NCBI RefSeq assembly: GCF_009914755.1
Contig: NC_060927.1
DNA from: the human T2T-CHM13v2.0 reference genome, Homo sapiens
Reading direction: 5' to 3' (one strand)
Length of the DNA: 64,000 nt
In this document: in pieces, positions 12,801 to 27,894 of the stretch
Numbering within the stretch: position 1 is the first letter of the stretch
Layout: each line of letters begins with the position of its first letter
The notes under the pieces: generated by a model
The model's input: only the letters and a program-made list of their open reading frames with translations
Database searches by the model: none
Told to the model about the DNA's origin: nothing
Program-made: the position numbers and the translations under genes

Positions 12801-13648
12801 AGTAAATAAATACAATTTTCAATTCAGCCGCGTTAACACCAAAGGCAAGTTTCAGGTGTTGTGGGTTTTTTTCTTAATTGTTAAGTTGCCTTTAAAATTC
12901 CACAATGAATGCATGCTCCTTGTAAAAAATAGATGCCCATATTTTTTAAGCGCAATTTCCACCCTTCCTAGCCCATTCCCTTCTCCCAGTTGTGAACAGT
13001 GGACACATATTTGCTATGCATTTGCAAACACACAAATCAATACGAATTTTTTTACATAAATGAGATATAGATAGACAGATATAAAACTTGATTTTCTACT
13101 TTACTGACATATCTTGGACATCTTTCCATGTTAGTAGATTCATATCTGGATCTTTACTTTTAATGGTTACATAGAATTTTATTATAAGAAGGACTATAAT
13201 AAATTTACTCAGTCTCTTATTGATAGACATTTTCATTCTTTTCCATCTTTTGCTATCATAAACGAAATTGCAGTGAACGTTCTTGCACATGCATCTTTGT
13301 AAGCTTTGAAAATACATTGAACTAAAGCAAACAAAACTAATCCTGGAAACGTTGACAGACAGGTGTTAGAAGACAGAAATTCACTACACTTTGGGGAAAG
13401 GCTGGTGACTAGGAAGGGATCCCAGAGGGTCTCTGGGATCCTAGGATGGTCTAATTCTGGTTACAAGGGTGTGTTCTGTTTCTGAAAATTCACCAGTTGT
13501 GAGTTGTGCGTTTTTCTATATGTATTTTACTTTTCTGTATGTATGTTACATGTAAAATTTTACTTTAACATGGTAAGTGAAAAATATATATATATAAGTT
13601 TTTCAGAGGAAATGTGAGAGATGACTGAAACTCTATAACAAGTTAAAT

Positions 13649-14405
13649 TCTTTTTTATTTTAATTTTAGTTTCAGGGGGTACATGTGCAGGTTTGTTTCA
13701 AGGTATATTTCAGCCGGGTGCAATGGCTCAAACCTGTAATCCTGGCACTTTGGGAGACCAAGGCAGGAAGATCCCTTGAGGCCAGGAGTTCAAGACCAGC
13801 TTGGGCAACATGGTAAAACCCCATGTCTACCAAAAAAAATTTTTAAAAATAGCCAGGCATGGTGGTGTGCACCTGGAGGCTGAGGTGGGAGGACTGCATG
13901 AGCCCAGGAGGTCAAAACAACAGGGAGCCATGACTGTGCCACTGTACTCCAGCCTGGGCAACAGAGCAAGACCTTGTCTCAAAAAAAAAAAAAAAAAAGA
14001 GGGGAGGGTATATTTCATGATGCTGGAGTTAGGGCTTCTGTTGATCCTGTCACCCAGAGAGTGAACATAGTATTCAATAGGGAGATTTTTAGTCCTTGCC
14101 CTTCTCCCTCCCTCCCTCCTTTTGGAGTCCCCAGTGTCTGTTCTCATTTTCATGTCCATGTGTACCCAAGATTTAGCTTCCACCTGTAAGTGAGAACATG
14201 AGGTATTTGGCTTTCTATTTCTGCATTAATTCATTTATGATAATAGCTTCCAGCTGCAGCCATGTTGCTGCAAAGGACATGATTTTGTTCTTTTTTATGG
14301 CTTCATAGTGTTCCATGGTGTACATGTGCCACATTTTCTTTATCCAATCCACTGCTGATGGATTGACTTTCAAGTTGATTTTATGACTTTCCTATTGTGA
14401 ATAGG
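13649..14405 (-). mobile_element. 5'-truncated L1PA16/L1PB-like 3' end with TSD, containing a nested AluJ
   Basis: gggggtacatgtgcaggtttgtt...catgttgctgcaaaggacatg; TSD acaagttaaat at 13638-13648 and 14406-14416. Confidence 0.85.
13713..13998 (+). mobile_element. AluJ nested in L1
   Basis: Alu consensus with poly(A); TSD ggtatatttca at 13702-13712 and 14007-14017. Confidence 0.9.
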
Positions 14406-15780
14406 ACAAGTTAAATCCTAATTTATGCACAACTTATATACTGAACATGGTTATACAGTTTGCTTGCAGACGTTGAATAAGTAACCAGGGGAAGCATAGG
14501 GTGGAATGGAACTAAATGTGCTTAGGGACTTATAATTCCAGGGAGTTCAGAAAAACTTTCCTGAGGAACTAATGTTTAAGCTGAAACCTAAAAGATAATG
14601 AAGCCTGTTTCTTCTGTCCTTTTTCTTGTGTTTTCAATCACACCCCATCTTCTCATTTGCCTGGTGATTTTTAATTGCGTGCCAGACATTGTCTATGAAA
14701 ACCTATAGAGATAATATAAAGTTCTGAATGATGGTATCTTTCTTTAGAAAGGATTTACATTTGCTTCTAGAGAACAGCCAGGGTAGAAACATTACCAGTC
14801 TTCGATCATCTCAATCCAATCGTGGAGATAATTCAAAACTAAGCATCAATCCCAATGAGAGATGGCCTATTTCTGATTCACTCTTGCTTGGTTTTTAATA
14901 ACAGTTCTATTGAGATATGATTCACACACTATACAATTCACCCATTCAAAGTGCAAAATTCAGTGGTGCTTAATATATTCATGGATTTATGCAAGCATTT
15001 CTAAATCAATTTTAGAATGTTTTCATAGCTCAAAAAAAAAATTCACATCCTTTAACTATCACCCCTCTTATCACCCCCATATGCCCTACCTCTAAGCAAC
15101 CACTAATCTACTTTCTGTCCCTATAATTTGCCTATTCTAGACATTCAATAAAAATGGGATTATATTCTTTTTGTGACTAGCTCTTTTTGTGGTCTTTCTG
15201 TGACTAGCTCTTTCACTTAGCATAATGTTTTCAAGTTTTATCCAAGTAGTAACAAGCGCCAGTATTCCTTTCTCTTTATGACTGAATAATATTCTAGTCT
15301 ATGGCTATATCACATTTTATTTACCCATTTATCAGTTGATGGACATTTGGGTTGTTTCTACCTTTTGGATATTATGAATAGTGCTTCTGTGAACATTTGT
15401 GTACAAGTTTTAATGTAAACATGTGTTTCCACTTCTCTTGGGTAGATACCCAAGAGTAAAATTTCTAAGTCATAGGGTAACTCCACGCTTGACCATTTGA
15501 AGAACTGCCAGACTGTTTTCTAAAGTGACTGTACCATTTTATATTCCCACCAGCACTGTATGAGGGTCCCAATTTCTCCATATCCTCATCAACACTTGTT
15601 ATTTGACTTTTTATTATAGCTATCCTAGTGGATGTGAATCAATGTGTCCTGGTTTTGATTTGCATTTCCCTGATAACTAATGATGTTGATCATTTTTTCA
15701 CATGTTTATTGGACATTGGTATATCTTCTTTGGAGAAATGCCATTTTGAAATGGCCAAAGGACTTGAATTTGTTTATTTG

Positions 15781-16116
15781 GTTTTTGTTTTTGTTTTTGT
15801 TCTTGTTTTGTTTTTGTTCTTGTTCTTGTTCTTGTTTTTTGAGACGGAGTCTCACCCTGTCGCCCAGGCTGGAGTGCAGTGGTGCGATCTTGGCTCACTG
15901 CAATCTCCACTTCCCGGGTTCAAGAAATTTCTACCTCAGGCTCCCAAGTTGCTGGGATTACAGGTGCCCACCACCATGCCTGGCTAATTTTTGTATTTTT
16001 AGTAGAGATGGGGTTTCACCGTCTTGGCTAGGCTGATCTTGAACTCCTGACCTCGTGATATACCCTCATTGGCCTCCCAAAGTGCTGGGATTACAGGCAT
16101 GAGCCACCACGCCCAG
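15781..16116 (-). mobile_element. AluS with (GTTTTT)n tail
   Basis: Antisense Alu; TSD tgtttatttggtttt. Confidence 0.9.
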
Positions 16117-16750
16117 CTGTTTATTTGGTTTTTTAAAAAATTATTGAGTTGTAAGATTTTTAAAAATATTTTTAGATACAAGTCCTTTATCAGATACATA
16201 ATTTGAAAATATTTTATTCCATTCTGTGGGTTGTCTTTTCACTTTCTTGATGGTATCTTTTGAAGCACAAAAGTTTTTAATTTCGACAAATTTCTAATTT
16301 TTCTATTTATTTCTTTTGTTGCTTATGCTTTTGGTGTTCAGTCTAAGAATCATTGCCAAATCTGAGGTCTTGAAGATTTACTCCTATATTTCTTCTAATA
16401 GTTTTATAGTTTTAGGTCTATTTTTTTCTTTGACAGCTTTAGGGTACAAGTGGATTTTGGTTATATGGATAAACTGTATGGAAGTGAATATTTAGGTCTT
16501 TGATCCATTTTGAGTCAATTTTTTATATGGTGTAAGGTAAGGGTCCAACTTCTTTCCTTCGCATATGTCTACCCAGTTGTCCCAGTACCACTGGTTGAAA
16601 AAACTATTCTTTCCCCATCTTGGCAACATTGTGAAAAATCAGTTTGCCACCAATGCATGGGTTTAATTCTAGATTTTTATTCTATTCCATTGGTCTTTCT
16701 GGCTATCCTTATGCTAGTACCACACTGTCTTGATTACTGTTGCTTTGTAG

Positions 16751-17051
<301 letters not shown>

Positions 17052-17313
17052 TGTAGAGAGTTTTAAAATCAGGACGTGTAAGTCCTCCTACTTTGTTCTT
17101 CTTTTTAAGAATTGTTTTTGGCTATTCTTGATCCCCCACAATTCCATATGAATCTTAGAACCAGATTTTCTATTTTACCATTAAAAGAATTCAGCTGTGA
17201 TTCTGACAGAGACTTTGTTGAATCTGTACATCAATTTGGGGAATATTGTCATTTTAACAATATTAAGACTTCTGATCCATGCATATGGGATGTTCTTCCA
17301 TTTATTTCTATTT

Positions 17314-17547
<234 letters not shown>

Positions 17548-19449
17548 TAGTTTTCAGATTATATGTTTTACACTTCTTTAGTTAAGTTTATCACTAAGGA
17601 TTTTAGGTTTTTGGTGCTATTTGCTATTGAATTGTTTTCTTACTTTCATTTTTAGATTGTTCATTGCAAGTGTATAGAAATACAATTGACTTTTATATAT
17701 TGATCTTGTATTTTACAACCATGCTTAATTCATTTATTAGCTCTAATACTTTTTCTAGTGAGTTAGGATTTTCTGTTTATAATATTATGTCTTCTGTGAA
17801 TAGAGATAATTTTACTTCTTTCTTATCAATATGAATGCATTATATTTCTTTTAATTGACCAACTAGCCTGCTAGAACCTCTAGTATAATGTTAAATAGAA
17901 GTGGCAAGAGTGGGTATCCTTGCCTTGTGTCTGATCCTAGAGAAAAAGTATCCAGTCTTTCATGATTCAGTATGATGTTAGCAGTAGGTGTTTTGTAGAT
18001 GTCCTTTATCAGGTTGAGGAAGTTCCCTTCTACTACAGGTTTGATGAATGTTTTTATTATGAAATGTTGTTGGATTTTGTCAAATGCTTTTTTCTGCATC
18101 TATTGAGATGATCATTTGGTTTTGTCCTTCATTCTGTTGATATGGTGTATTGCACTGATTGATTTTTAAATGTTGACTAACCTTACATTCTTGAATAAAT
18201 ACCCCTTGGTTATAGTGTATAATTTGTTATATATGTTGCTGGATTGAGTCTGCCAGTATTTTGTGTAGGAGTTTTGCATTCATAATCATGAGATATTGGT
18301 CTGTAGTTTTCTTCTCGTGTAATTTTTTTGTCTGGTTTTGGTATCAGTGTACTGCTGGCATCATAGAAAGAGTTGGGAATTGTTCTCTCATCTTCTTTTT
18401 TTTTGGAGAAAAAGTTGTGAAATTCTTTAAATTTTTGGTAGAATTCACCAGAAGTCATCTGGCCCTGAGTTTCTCTTTGGGAGTAGTTCTGTTGTTGTTG
18501 TTTACTAACTCAATCTTTTTGCTTGTTACAGGTCTATTCAGATTGTTTGTTTCTTCTTGAATTAGTTTTGGTAGTTTGTGCCTTTCTAGGAATTTGCCCA
18601 CTTCATCTAGGTTACCTAATTTTATTAGCATATAATTGATCACAGTTTTCATTTATAATCATTTTTATTTCTGTAAGTTCAGTAGTAACATTCCCTCATT
18701 CATTCCTGATTCTAAATATTGAGTCTTTTCTGTCTTTTACTTATTCAGTCCAGCTAAAAGTCTATTTTACATGAATTAGTATAGCCAATCCAGCCCTCTT
18801 GTGTTTGCTGTTTGCATAATATATCCTTTTCCAATTCTTTTTTTCAGTCTATTTGTATCTGTAACTCCAAATTGTGGCTCCTTTAGACAAGGTATAGTTG
18901 GGTCTTGTTTGTTTTTCCCGTGTGACAATCTCTGACTTTTGACTAGATTGTTTAATCCATTTACATATAATGTTATTATTGATATAATCGGATCTACTTC
19001 TGCTATTTTACTTTTTTTTCTCTGTCTACTGTCTTTTTTGTTCCTCTATTCCTACTTTACTCCTTCCCTTTGCATTAAATATTTTCTAATTTAGCCTTTA
19101 AATTTATGTAATGTTATTTTCAATATATTCTTTTGAGGTATTTCCTTAGTGGTTGATCTAGGGCTTACCATCAACTTCAGATTTTTACTAACTTAACTCC
19201 AATGAGATGTTACTCCTAATAGCTCTATTCACTTTTCCCCCTTTTTTACAGTATTATTGTTATTTTTATATATTACATTTATGAATGCTATAAACCCAAC
19301 ATTACAGTGTTATAATTATTACTTTACATAACTTCAGGTCTCAAAGAAGCTGTGAGGAGAAAAGAGAGCAACTATGTATTTATAGTTTTTATTATATTAG
19401 CCATGTTATTTATCATTCCTTGTTCTCTTAAAAAAACAATTGAAGTTCT

Positions 19450-19690
19450 GCTTTGGTACTTTTCCTGGACTATGCCCTCTTTACCTCTTTCTCAGACTAA
19501 TCTCAATCTGTATCCTTTCCCTGTGATAAACTGTAACTGTGAATTTAACAGCTTTTAGTGAGTTCTGTGAGTCTTTCCAGTGAACTGTCAAAACTTGGGG
19601 ACCCCCCAAACTTGCAATTAATATTAAAAGTAAGGGCAGTCTCATGTGGACTGTGTCCCCTCTGACTTCGCACTTGGCCTAAACTGCACA
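19450..19690 (+). mobile_element. LTR fragment (MER21-like)
   Basis: ctgtatcctttccctgtgataaactgtaactgtga...gtgagttctgtgagt...ggggaccccc. Confidence 0.55.
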
Positions 19691-20754
19691 AATAATTCCC
19701 AAGGTTAGTGTTTGAAACTTGTTCTAACTCCCAAGACGGCCCCTCCCAGCTGTCTCTTCCCCATTTCTATTCAGCAAAGTAGCCAGCTTGCAGTTTAGCC
19801 TGTTTCTCCACTGAATCTAGCAACATCCCCCTCATGGCCTTTCACCACAACCTCCACTGATTTTCAGAGCGCTCTTAGGCTTGAATTTCTCCAAACTCTG
19901 TTGCATATAAAGTCAGTTCCTTTGGGGAGAGATTTGGAGTTTTCTATTTTATGGCTTGCTTCTCTCTCTGGGCAAAATCTCTGAGCCACGGTTCTGGTAA
20001 TTGGGGCAGGAACAATGGCATGCTCTCCTCTCAGTGACACCCCAGTTTTAGGAGCTGAGCACTCAGTGGAGAGGGGGAGGCAGCAGCCCCAGGTCTCCTC
20101 AGCTTACCTTTCCCAGTGTGGATCCTTCATCCCACAGGACAGGGGGTGAGCAGTAGGGGCCCCAGGATTCTCGGTGGTTCTGTGCCCTGTACTGAGCCTT
20201 TGTCCTACAAGTGGGGGGTGCTGGGCAGAAGGAAGCCTCCACTTCTGAGATGCACTTGCCCGGAATTTAGCCTCAGCAACAGGTAGCTGTGGGCAGAATG
20301 AGAAAAATCTGAAGATCTGCCCCTCCCAGGAGGATAACCCTTCAACAGAAAGCTGCAGGGTGGCGGGGGAAGGAGTCCTGTGTCCTCGACTATACTAGCA
20401 CGATGCAGGGTTTCACTATCTCACTGAGCTGGGAGCAAGGGGAAAGAGGGTCTTGGTCCAAATACCACAGACTGAGTTTTAGGAGATTTGCTTGAATAAA
20501 TATTTCTTCATTTGCCATATGTTCTTAGGACCATTTCCAGAGTGATTGTTTTAGAATAACTTTTTACCAGTTTTGATTGCAGCTGGGTCCATAGAGCTCC
20601 TCATGCTGTCAGGCCAGAAGTACAAACTTGCTTCCAGGGTGTAGTGCCCTTTGGGGTCTGAACCTGGGGATTTTATCAAGGCCCCTGCTTCTGGGCAGTT
20701 TCTGACTTCCGTTTCTTATCTTCTCAGGACCATGAATCTGTCAAGAGTTGTTTA

Positions 20755-21074
<320 letters not shown>

Positions 21075-21078
21075 TTAA

Positions 21079-21426
<348 letters not shown>

Positions 21427-21479
21427 TAGTTATTCTCAGAGGAAGGGTTGGTCTGGAAAACTTAATCTGCCATTGATGG

Positions 21480-22200
21480 AGGTAGGAACTGAAGTGGCTA
21501 ACAGTGAAGATGGAGAGGAAGATGAGCAGAAGAAACACTTAGGAGGTGAAACCAAGAGACCCTACTGATTGATTGGATACAGGAAAAAGAAAGATAACAG
21601 GATGATGTGAAGATTTTTATCTGATAGCTTCATAGTTGGTGGAACCCTTCACAGAGACAGGGACCCGGGAAGAGGAAGCAAGCATGATGAGAAGGAGAGA
21701 TCATGAGTTCAACTCTGGGTATTCCAAATTTGAGATGCCTGTGTGGCATTACACTGTTCAGGAAATGATGCAGTATCGAGGTCTGAAGTACAGGAGAGGA
21801 GCCTACACTTCAGACCAAGATTTGAAAATTATCAACAAAGAGGTAAAGACTGAAGCCACAGGATGGACAAGAGTGGGCTGAGAGAGAGGAGGAACCAGGG
21901 AAGATCATTGGAAAACACTGACTTTGAGGTGATAGAAGAGACAGTTGGCCTCAGAGAAGGAGTGGGCATGAAATCAGGAGGAATTTAGGAGAGTACAACC
22001 AGTAGAAGAAATCAAAGGAGAAGGGTGGGATCCACACATCGAGTGCTTCAGGTGGCCCAAGCAGAGGAGAGGAGTACCTTCCAGAGAAGTTTCAATGGCA
22101 GTGGGAGCAGAATCCAGGTGGCCAAGGCTGAGGGAGTGGGCAGGCAGTTAAAGAAGCAGAAGACAGGAGTGTAGACAACTCTTTTCAGAAGTTCCTAAGA
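21480..22200. mobile_element. L2 fragment
   Basis: Purine-rich L2-like sequence (gagatcatgagttcaactctgggttattccaaatttgagatgcctgtg). Confidence 0.55.
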
Positions 22201-25194
22201 GGAGTCTGCAGGAGATCTCTATTCTGCTAAGCCATCTACCTTAAGTGTGCTGCATTTCTGCAGCCTACACTGGTTGTCTTGGCTTTCCCACCTCCCCCTC
22301 AAGCTCTTGAAAGAATTCCATGGGGATGGATTAGTTGTTGAATCTAGTCATTTCTCCTTTTGCCTCAATCTATTTGTCCACTCAGCATCATCAAACACCA
22401 TTAACCACCCATCTCTACCTCTGGTCCAAGATAACACTGTGGTAATTTTTAAACATAGATGCAAATTCCTTGACACTATCTCCCTTTGATCCCTCCCCTT
22501 GAGTCTGGACAGGTTTTTGATCATTTCTGTCATGGTGGTGGAAATTATACTATGTGACATTCAAGGCTAGGTCATAAAGGTCATGCAGCTTCTGCCTTGC
22601 ATGATGCATTCCAATTCATTTGTACTGTTGCATGTACCAATAGCTCTATCCCTTTTATTGCTGTATAGTGTTCCATTGCATGGATAAACCACAGTGTGTT
22701 CATCCATTCATCAGTTGACAGGAAATTGTGTTGCTTTCAGTCTTGGGCAGTATGAATAAAGCATCTCTAACTGTTCTCATATAGGTCTTTGTGTGGACAT
22801 ACGTTTTCATTTGGAATTTGCCCTCTCTGCTCTCTCCTTTTCCCCATCCTGCTGCCTGACATGCAGATATGATGGCAGAACTCTAGCTGCCATCTTGAGC
22901 CATGGGATGAAGACCTTCATCTAGGATGGCAGAGTGTTGAGCTGGGAAGAGCCTGGGTCCCTAGCGCTGTGCAAATCCACAGCAGCCGTGGATTGTCCAC
23001 CTATGGACTTCTCAAAAATAAGAAATACATTCCCATCTTATTTAAACCACCATTATTTTGAGATTGTCTATTACTTGCAGAAAATCTAATTTTAACTTAC
23101 CATTGTGAAAACTCCTTTTGGGGAGATGGTATAAGCTTAAGTTACATGGAGTCAGTTTGCATTGCTTGCAAACAAGAACCCCAATTGAAAGCTTTCCTGT
23201 GATGTTAGAGAAGATGCACATCTTCTTCACCAGATGTGGTCTTGTCTGTTCTTGGCAAATAGATCCAAAGCAGTCAATTCATGACCATGAACATGCTGAG
23301 GATTGTAAGAGGAAGATGAATGGCACCTGGCCCCATCTGTGGGTCCATTCCTGCTGGCATTTGTGAGCCACTAACCTATCCAAACTTGGGGCTGCCCAAT
23401 CCTCTGGGCTTCATGTTATGTGAGAAAATAATTATCATTGACAAAGACTTATAGTTGATCATCTATTACATGCAATGGACAGAAACCAATGAACACATTC
23501 CCTCTCCTAACACCTTCTCATAGCACTCAAGGACTTTACCATCCGAGTCCCCCACCTTTGCAGCTTCATGTTGGCTTCTATATTTGTCCACTTTCCTGAC
23601 TACAAAGTTCTTTCATGTACTTTGTCCCATGAAATTCTCCCAAGATCCCTCTCGCTTAGGATTTTTTTTAATCCCCATTTTACAGGTGGGGAAATCAAGG
23701 CAAGGCAAAGTTAAGACTCAACCAAGATGCCCCAACTAGTAAGTGGCAGAGCCTCTGCTCGCTTCACCTAGGCCTGTTAACACCACGTCTTGAGTTCTAG
23801 TCACGACTCTAAGCTGCCTTTCTCATGAACCTATGCCCCTAATATAGGCTTTATTTTTGCCCGCCACACTGTGCCTATCCTCAAACATTGCCGAGAAAAG
23901 CCCTTTCCTCATCTCCACTTTCACAAATCTCCTCTATCCTGAATTCAGTGTAGGCTCAAACATCACTTCAAAAATAAGACAGTACCAGATGTTCTTGGCC
24001 TCAGTGATTGGATCGTTGGTGATCACAAGACACACACTAGACCAATTAGAGTAAATTCTGGAACTTTTGCTGGAATCACTGGAAAATTTAAAAGTCCTTT
24101 TTTCCCACAAAGTAGCTCAACTGGAGAGACAAGAGCCTGAGAGTACTGGGGACTTCTGTGCCACCTTGTAAGAAGCCCACATAGAGGAAAGTAGAGACGG
24201 TAATGGAGAGAGACTGGTTTTATTGTCTCTCTCTAGTGCCTTATAATTCCCAGTTACATCAGCCACACCAACCTGTTTTTGCCTGTGTATTTGGGTTGCA
24301 ATCCTGTCATTTGAAGTCAATAGTTCAGACTAACAAAAGCCCCTAATTTACAACACCTTCCCTCGTTCATTTAGTTTTTTTTTTTTCAACAAATGGTATG
24401 AAGCATTTATCGTGCACCAAGTGCTAGCCATGGTCTATTAAACAGATACAGTCTCTGATTTCCTCAGATTCACAGCCTCATGGGGAAGACAGACATCAAC
24501 CAAGAGGAAGCACCAATTAACGTATAATAATGAGGCAAAGTGGAAAGTGTTCTGAAGTGGCCATTCCATGCAAGTACCTGGGGAACCTGAGCTAAATTGA
24601 AAGCAGAGGCAAGGCCACATCCTGGCCTTGATCCAGGATCTGGCCAGATCCCAGGCACATTGGAGGGGCACATTTAGTATTCTGAGCTTCATCCTAAGAG
24701 CCATGAGAAGTACTGCTGTAGGAAGATGTTTTTAAAATTATCAATTTTTTGCCCAAAGACTTCCTTCAAGCCCTCTTTTACCTCCTCCCCTATTCAGGTC
24801 ATCAGGTCATTTCTGTACTCATTGCCTCAGGGAGGGACACGTCAAAGCAGGAAGCAGAGGGAAAAAATGAGTCTCTTCATGGCTTTGGCTTATTCCCTCC
24901 TCAAGAAGCAGTCTGCTGAGGAGCAGCCCAGGGCTGGCAGGGCAGCTCTTCTCCACAAGAGTATCTGTCTAGCCCCTGGTGGCGCAATGATCACCTCCAT
25001 GTTTGCCCTCCAGCCCAGGGGAAGGAGAATGAGGACTCCAGAGGAAACAGCTTATTGGGGCTCATCACTTCTCCTGGAATCTTATTAGCCCAAGCTTAAT
25101 CACATGACCACGCTGATTACAAAGAGGCTGGGAAACGTGGTCACTAGCTGGGTGGCCATGTACATAACTAAAATTTGGAGTGTCTTATTACTTG

Positions 25195-27600
25195 TTAATA
25201 TTTTTTGTTGAGGTATAATTCACTTACCATAAATTCACCTTAAAAACTTCTGTGATTCAATCATCTTGAATATATCCAGATTTTGCAACCATCACTCCTA
25301 TCTAATACCACTGTTCTAATTTCAGAATATTTTTATCACCCCATAAAGAATCTCTGTGCTCCTTAGCAGTCACTCCTCACTCACCCTATCCCCCAACCTC
25401 TGGAAAGCTCTCATCTACATTCTGTCTCTATGGGTTTGCCTTTGCTGGACATTTCATGTAAATGCAATTATACATGCAGCCTTCTGTGTCTGACTTCTTT
25501 CACGTAACATATTTTATTGTTTATCTATGGCATAGCATACATCAGTGCTTCACTCTTGACTCCTTTTTTTTTTTCAGTAACAATGTTGGCATGGCTGTTT
25601 TTGTTTCTGCTCAGCCCCAGCCTGGTCCTCACCATCTCCTTCCACCTGCCCATTAACTCCTGAAAGTTCCTCCATGAGGAGATCCACAAGGACCTGCTAG
25701 TGATGGGTGCGTACGAGATCTCCAACAAGTCTGGGGGTGCTGGCAGCCTGCACAGCCACCTCAAGGTCACAGATTCTGCTGGCCACATTCTCTACTCCAA
25801 AGAGGATGCAACCAAAGGGAAATTTGCCTTTATCCTGGAAGATTATGACATGTTTGAAGTGTGATTTGAGAGCAAGGAAACAGGGTGGATACCTGATCAA
25901 TTCGTAATCCTAGACATGAAGCATGGAGTAGAGGCAGAAAAGAAATTACAAGGAGATTACAAAAGTCGAGAAGCTTAAACCGTTATAGATGGAGCTGCAA
26001 TGCCTAGAAGACCTGTCAGAATCTATTGTTAATGATTTTGCTACGTGAAGAAGAGAGAGATGTGTAGTACTAATGAATCAACAAACACTTGAGCCCTGTA
26101 CTTCAGTGTCTCTTTAATGTTCTGCTTCATTGGACTAGCCACCTGGCAGGTTTTCTACCTGTGTTGCTTCTTCAAGGCCAAGATGTCGATTGAGTAATGA
26201 ACGAAGTGCACTCTCCTCCCACCTTGTATCTCAGGCAGCAGAACATCACTGGGCATCCTACCAAAAGCACCATCAAAATGCACTGGAGCCCTCTTGCCAG
26301 AACTGATCTCTTGGTGGGGGAGGACATGGGTACCACCTACCCAACAAGTCAATGAGAGATTTCTTTTTAGCTGGTAGTATTTGGACTTGTTTTGCAACAA
26401 TAGGACCAGTATTAGAGTCACCTATGACCAAAAATAAGGGTTACCAAATAATGCCAAAGCCAGGATTTGTGCTGGGTTTCCTTGTGCGATCTGTTTGAAC
26501 CAAGTTTTCTTTCCTTCTCCCGCTTTCTCGGCAGCTTGAATTTCCACTCTAGTTCTTTTACCCAGATTGGTATGGCCATGTTGAACTTGTTTCCTTCTGG
26601 TTGTCTTCTTTGGGTTTCCTTGTGAAAACACCCTTAACTTTCCTTTTGCCTTTAGCTGAAATGTTTACATAGCTTCTGGTGATATCTTCTCATAATTTTA
26701 TGTCTCTTAAAAGGTTGACGGATGTGACACTTCAAAAAGTGAGCTTTGAACTGAAGATAACTCTTAAAGAAAATATCATTTTAGACAATTAAAATATTTA
26801 TGCTCCAAAAAGATATAATTTACATATCACTTTTTCACTGTTTTTATGGCTAAATAAAATTACATGGCATCAACATTCCATACTTTGCCCATCCATTCAT
26901 CAGTTGGTGGACATTTGGATTGTTTATATCCTTTAGCTATTAGGAATAATGCTGCTTTGAACATAATGTAAGTTTTTGTTTGAACATTTGTTTTCAGTTC
27001 TCTTGGATATATACCTAGGAGCAGAAGATGGGTCATATGGTAGCTTCATGTTTAACTTTTCAAGAAACTGCCTGCTTGTTTCCAAAATGGCTGCACCATC
27101 TTACATTCCCCAGAAGCAACGCAAGAGGGTTCCAATGCTTCAACATCCTCACCATTGCTATCGTCCATCTTTATTACAGCCACCCTAGCGGATGTAAAGT
27201 GGTGTCTCACTGTAGCTTTGATGTGCATTTTCTGATGCACATCATTTTACTGATGCTGAGCATTATTTCATGTGTTTGTTGCCACTTGTCTATCTTCTTT
27301 GGAGAAATGCCCATTCAAGTCTTTTGTCCATTTAAAAAATTGGATTATTTGTCTTTTTATTGTTGAGTTTAAGGAGTTCTTTATATATTCTAGACACTAG
27401 ACCTTCATCAGAGATATGACTTGCAAATATTTTCTCCCATTCCGCGGCTTGTCTTTTCATTTTATTGATAGTGTTTTTGAAACACGAAGTTTTAAATATT
27501 GATGAAGTACAATTTATCTGGCTTTCCTCCCCTTTGGTTGCTTGTGCTTTTGGTGTCATATCTACGAATGCTTGCCTAGCTCAGAGATTTGTGCCTATGC
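25195..27600 (-). mobile_element. L1MB-type 3' end interrupted by the TMED10 retrocopy
   Basis: L1MB 3' UTR at 25195-25560 resumes at ~26825; ORF 27332-27559 MTPKAQAT...KRQAAEWEKIFASHISDEGLVSRIYKEL matches the L1 ORF2p C-terminus. Confidence 0.85.
25583..26812 (+). pseudogene. TMED10P2: Processed pseudogene of TMED10 (p24delta1/TMP21), 5'-truncated; CDS remnant ~25586-26197 plus 3' UTR
   Basis: Intronless translation [83 protein letters not shown]...LDMKHGVEA...[20 protein letters not shown] matches TMED10. In-frame stops at 25661 and 25862, frameshifts near 25940 and 26040, ATTAAA at 26789 and a short A-run. The P2 number comes from recalled 3q21 annotation. Confidence 0.93.
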
Positions 27601-27894
27601 TTTTTTCTAAGCAGCAGTGATCCAATCAAAGCCACATTGCAAAAAAGACCCGCAGCTGACTGTGGTGTGGCCAGTAAATGGAGAGGGCAAAGGAGCAGGT
27701 ATGGGGAGGTCAGTGAGGACACTGTGGCAGTGGTCAGGGAAACAGACAGACAGATGATAGCAGCTTGGTCCAGAGTGGTGGCAGTAGGAATGGAAAGAAT
27801 TGGGCAGATTTCTGAATTATTAAGGAAGACAAACCTCAGAACTGAGTCTTCCATCTCCACCGTCCACCCACGTTACTCCTCCTCAGTCTCCTAA

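Noticed and set aside
17863-18652. Reverse-transcriptase-like peptides as a possible novel RT system
   Set aside because: Ordinary fragmented L1 ORF2 remnants
24970-24986. CTCF-like gcccctggtggcgc
   Set aside because: Three mismatches or one G short of the core, and inside an old LTR fragment; too weak
25707-25907. 66-aa ORF inside the TMED10 copy
   Set aside because: Off-frame reading; the true TMED10 frame has stops and frameshifts
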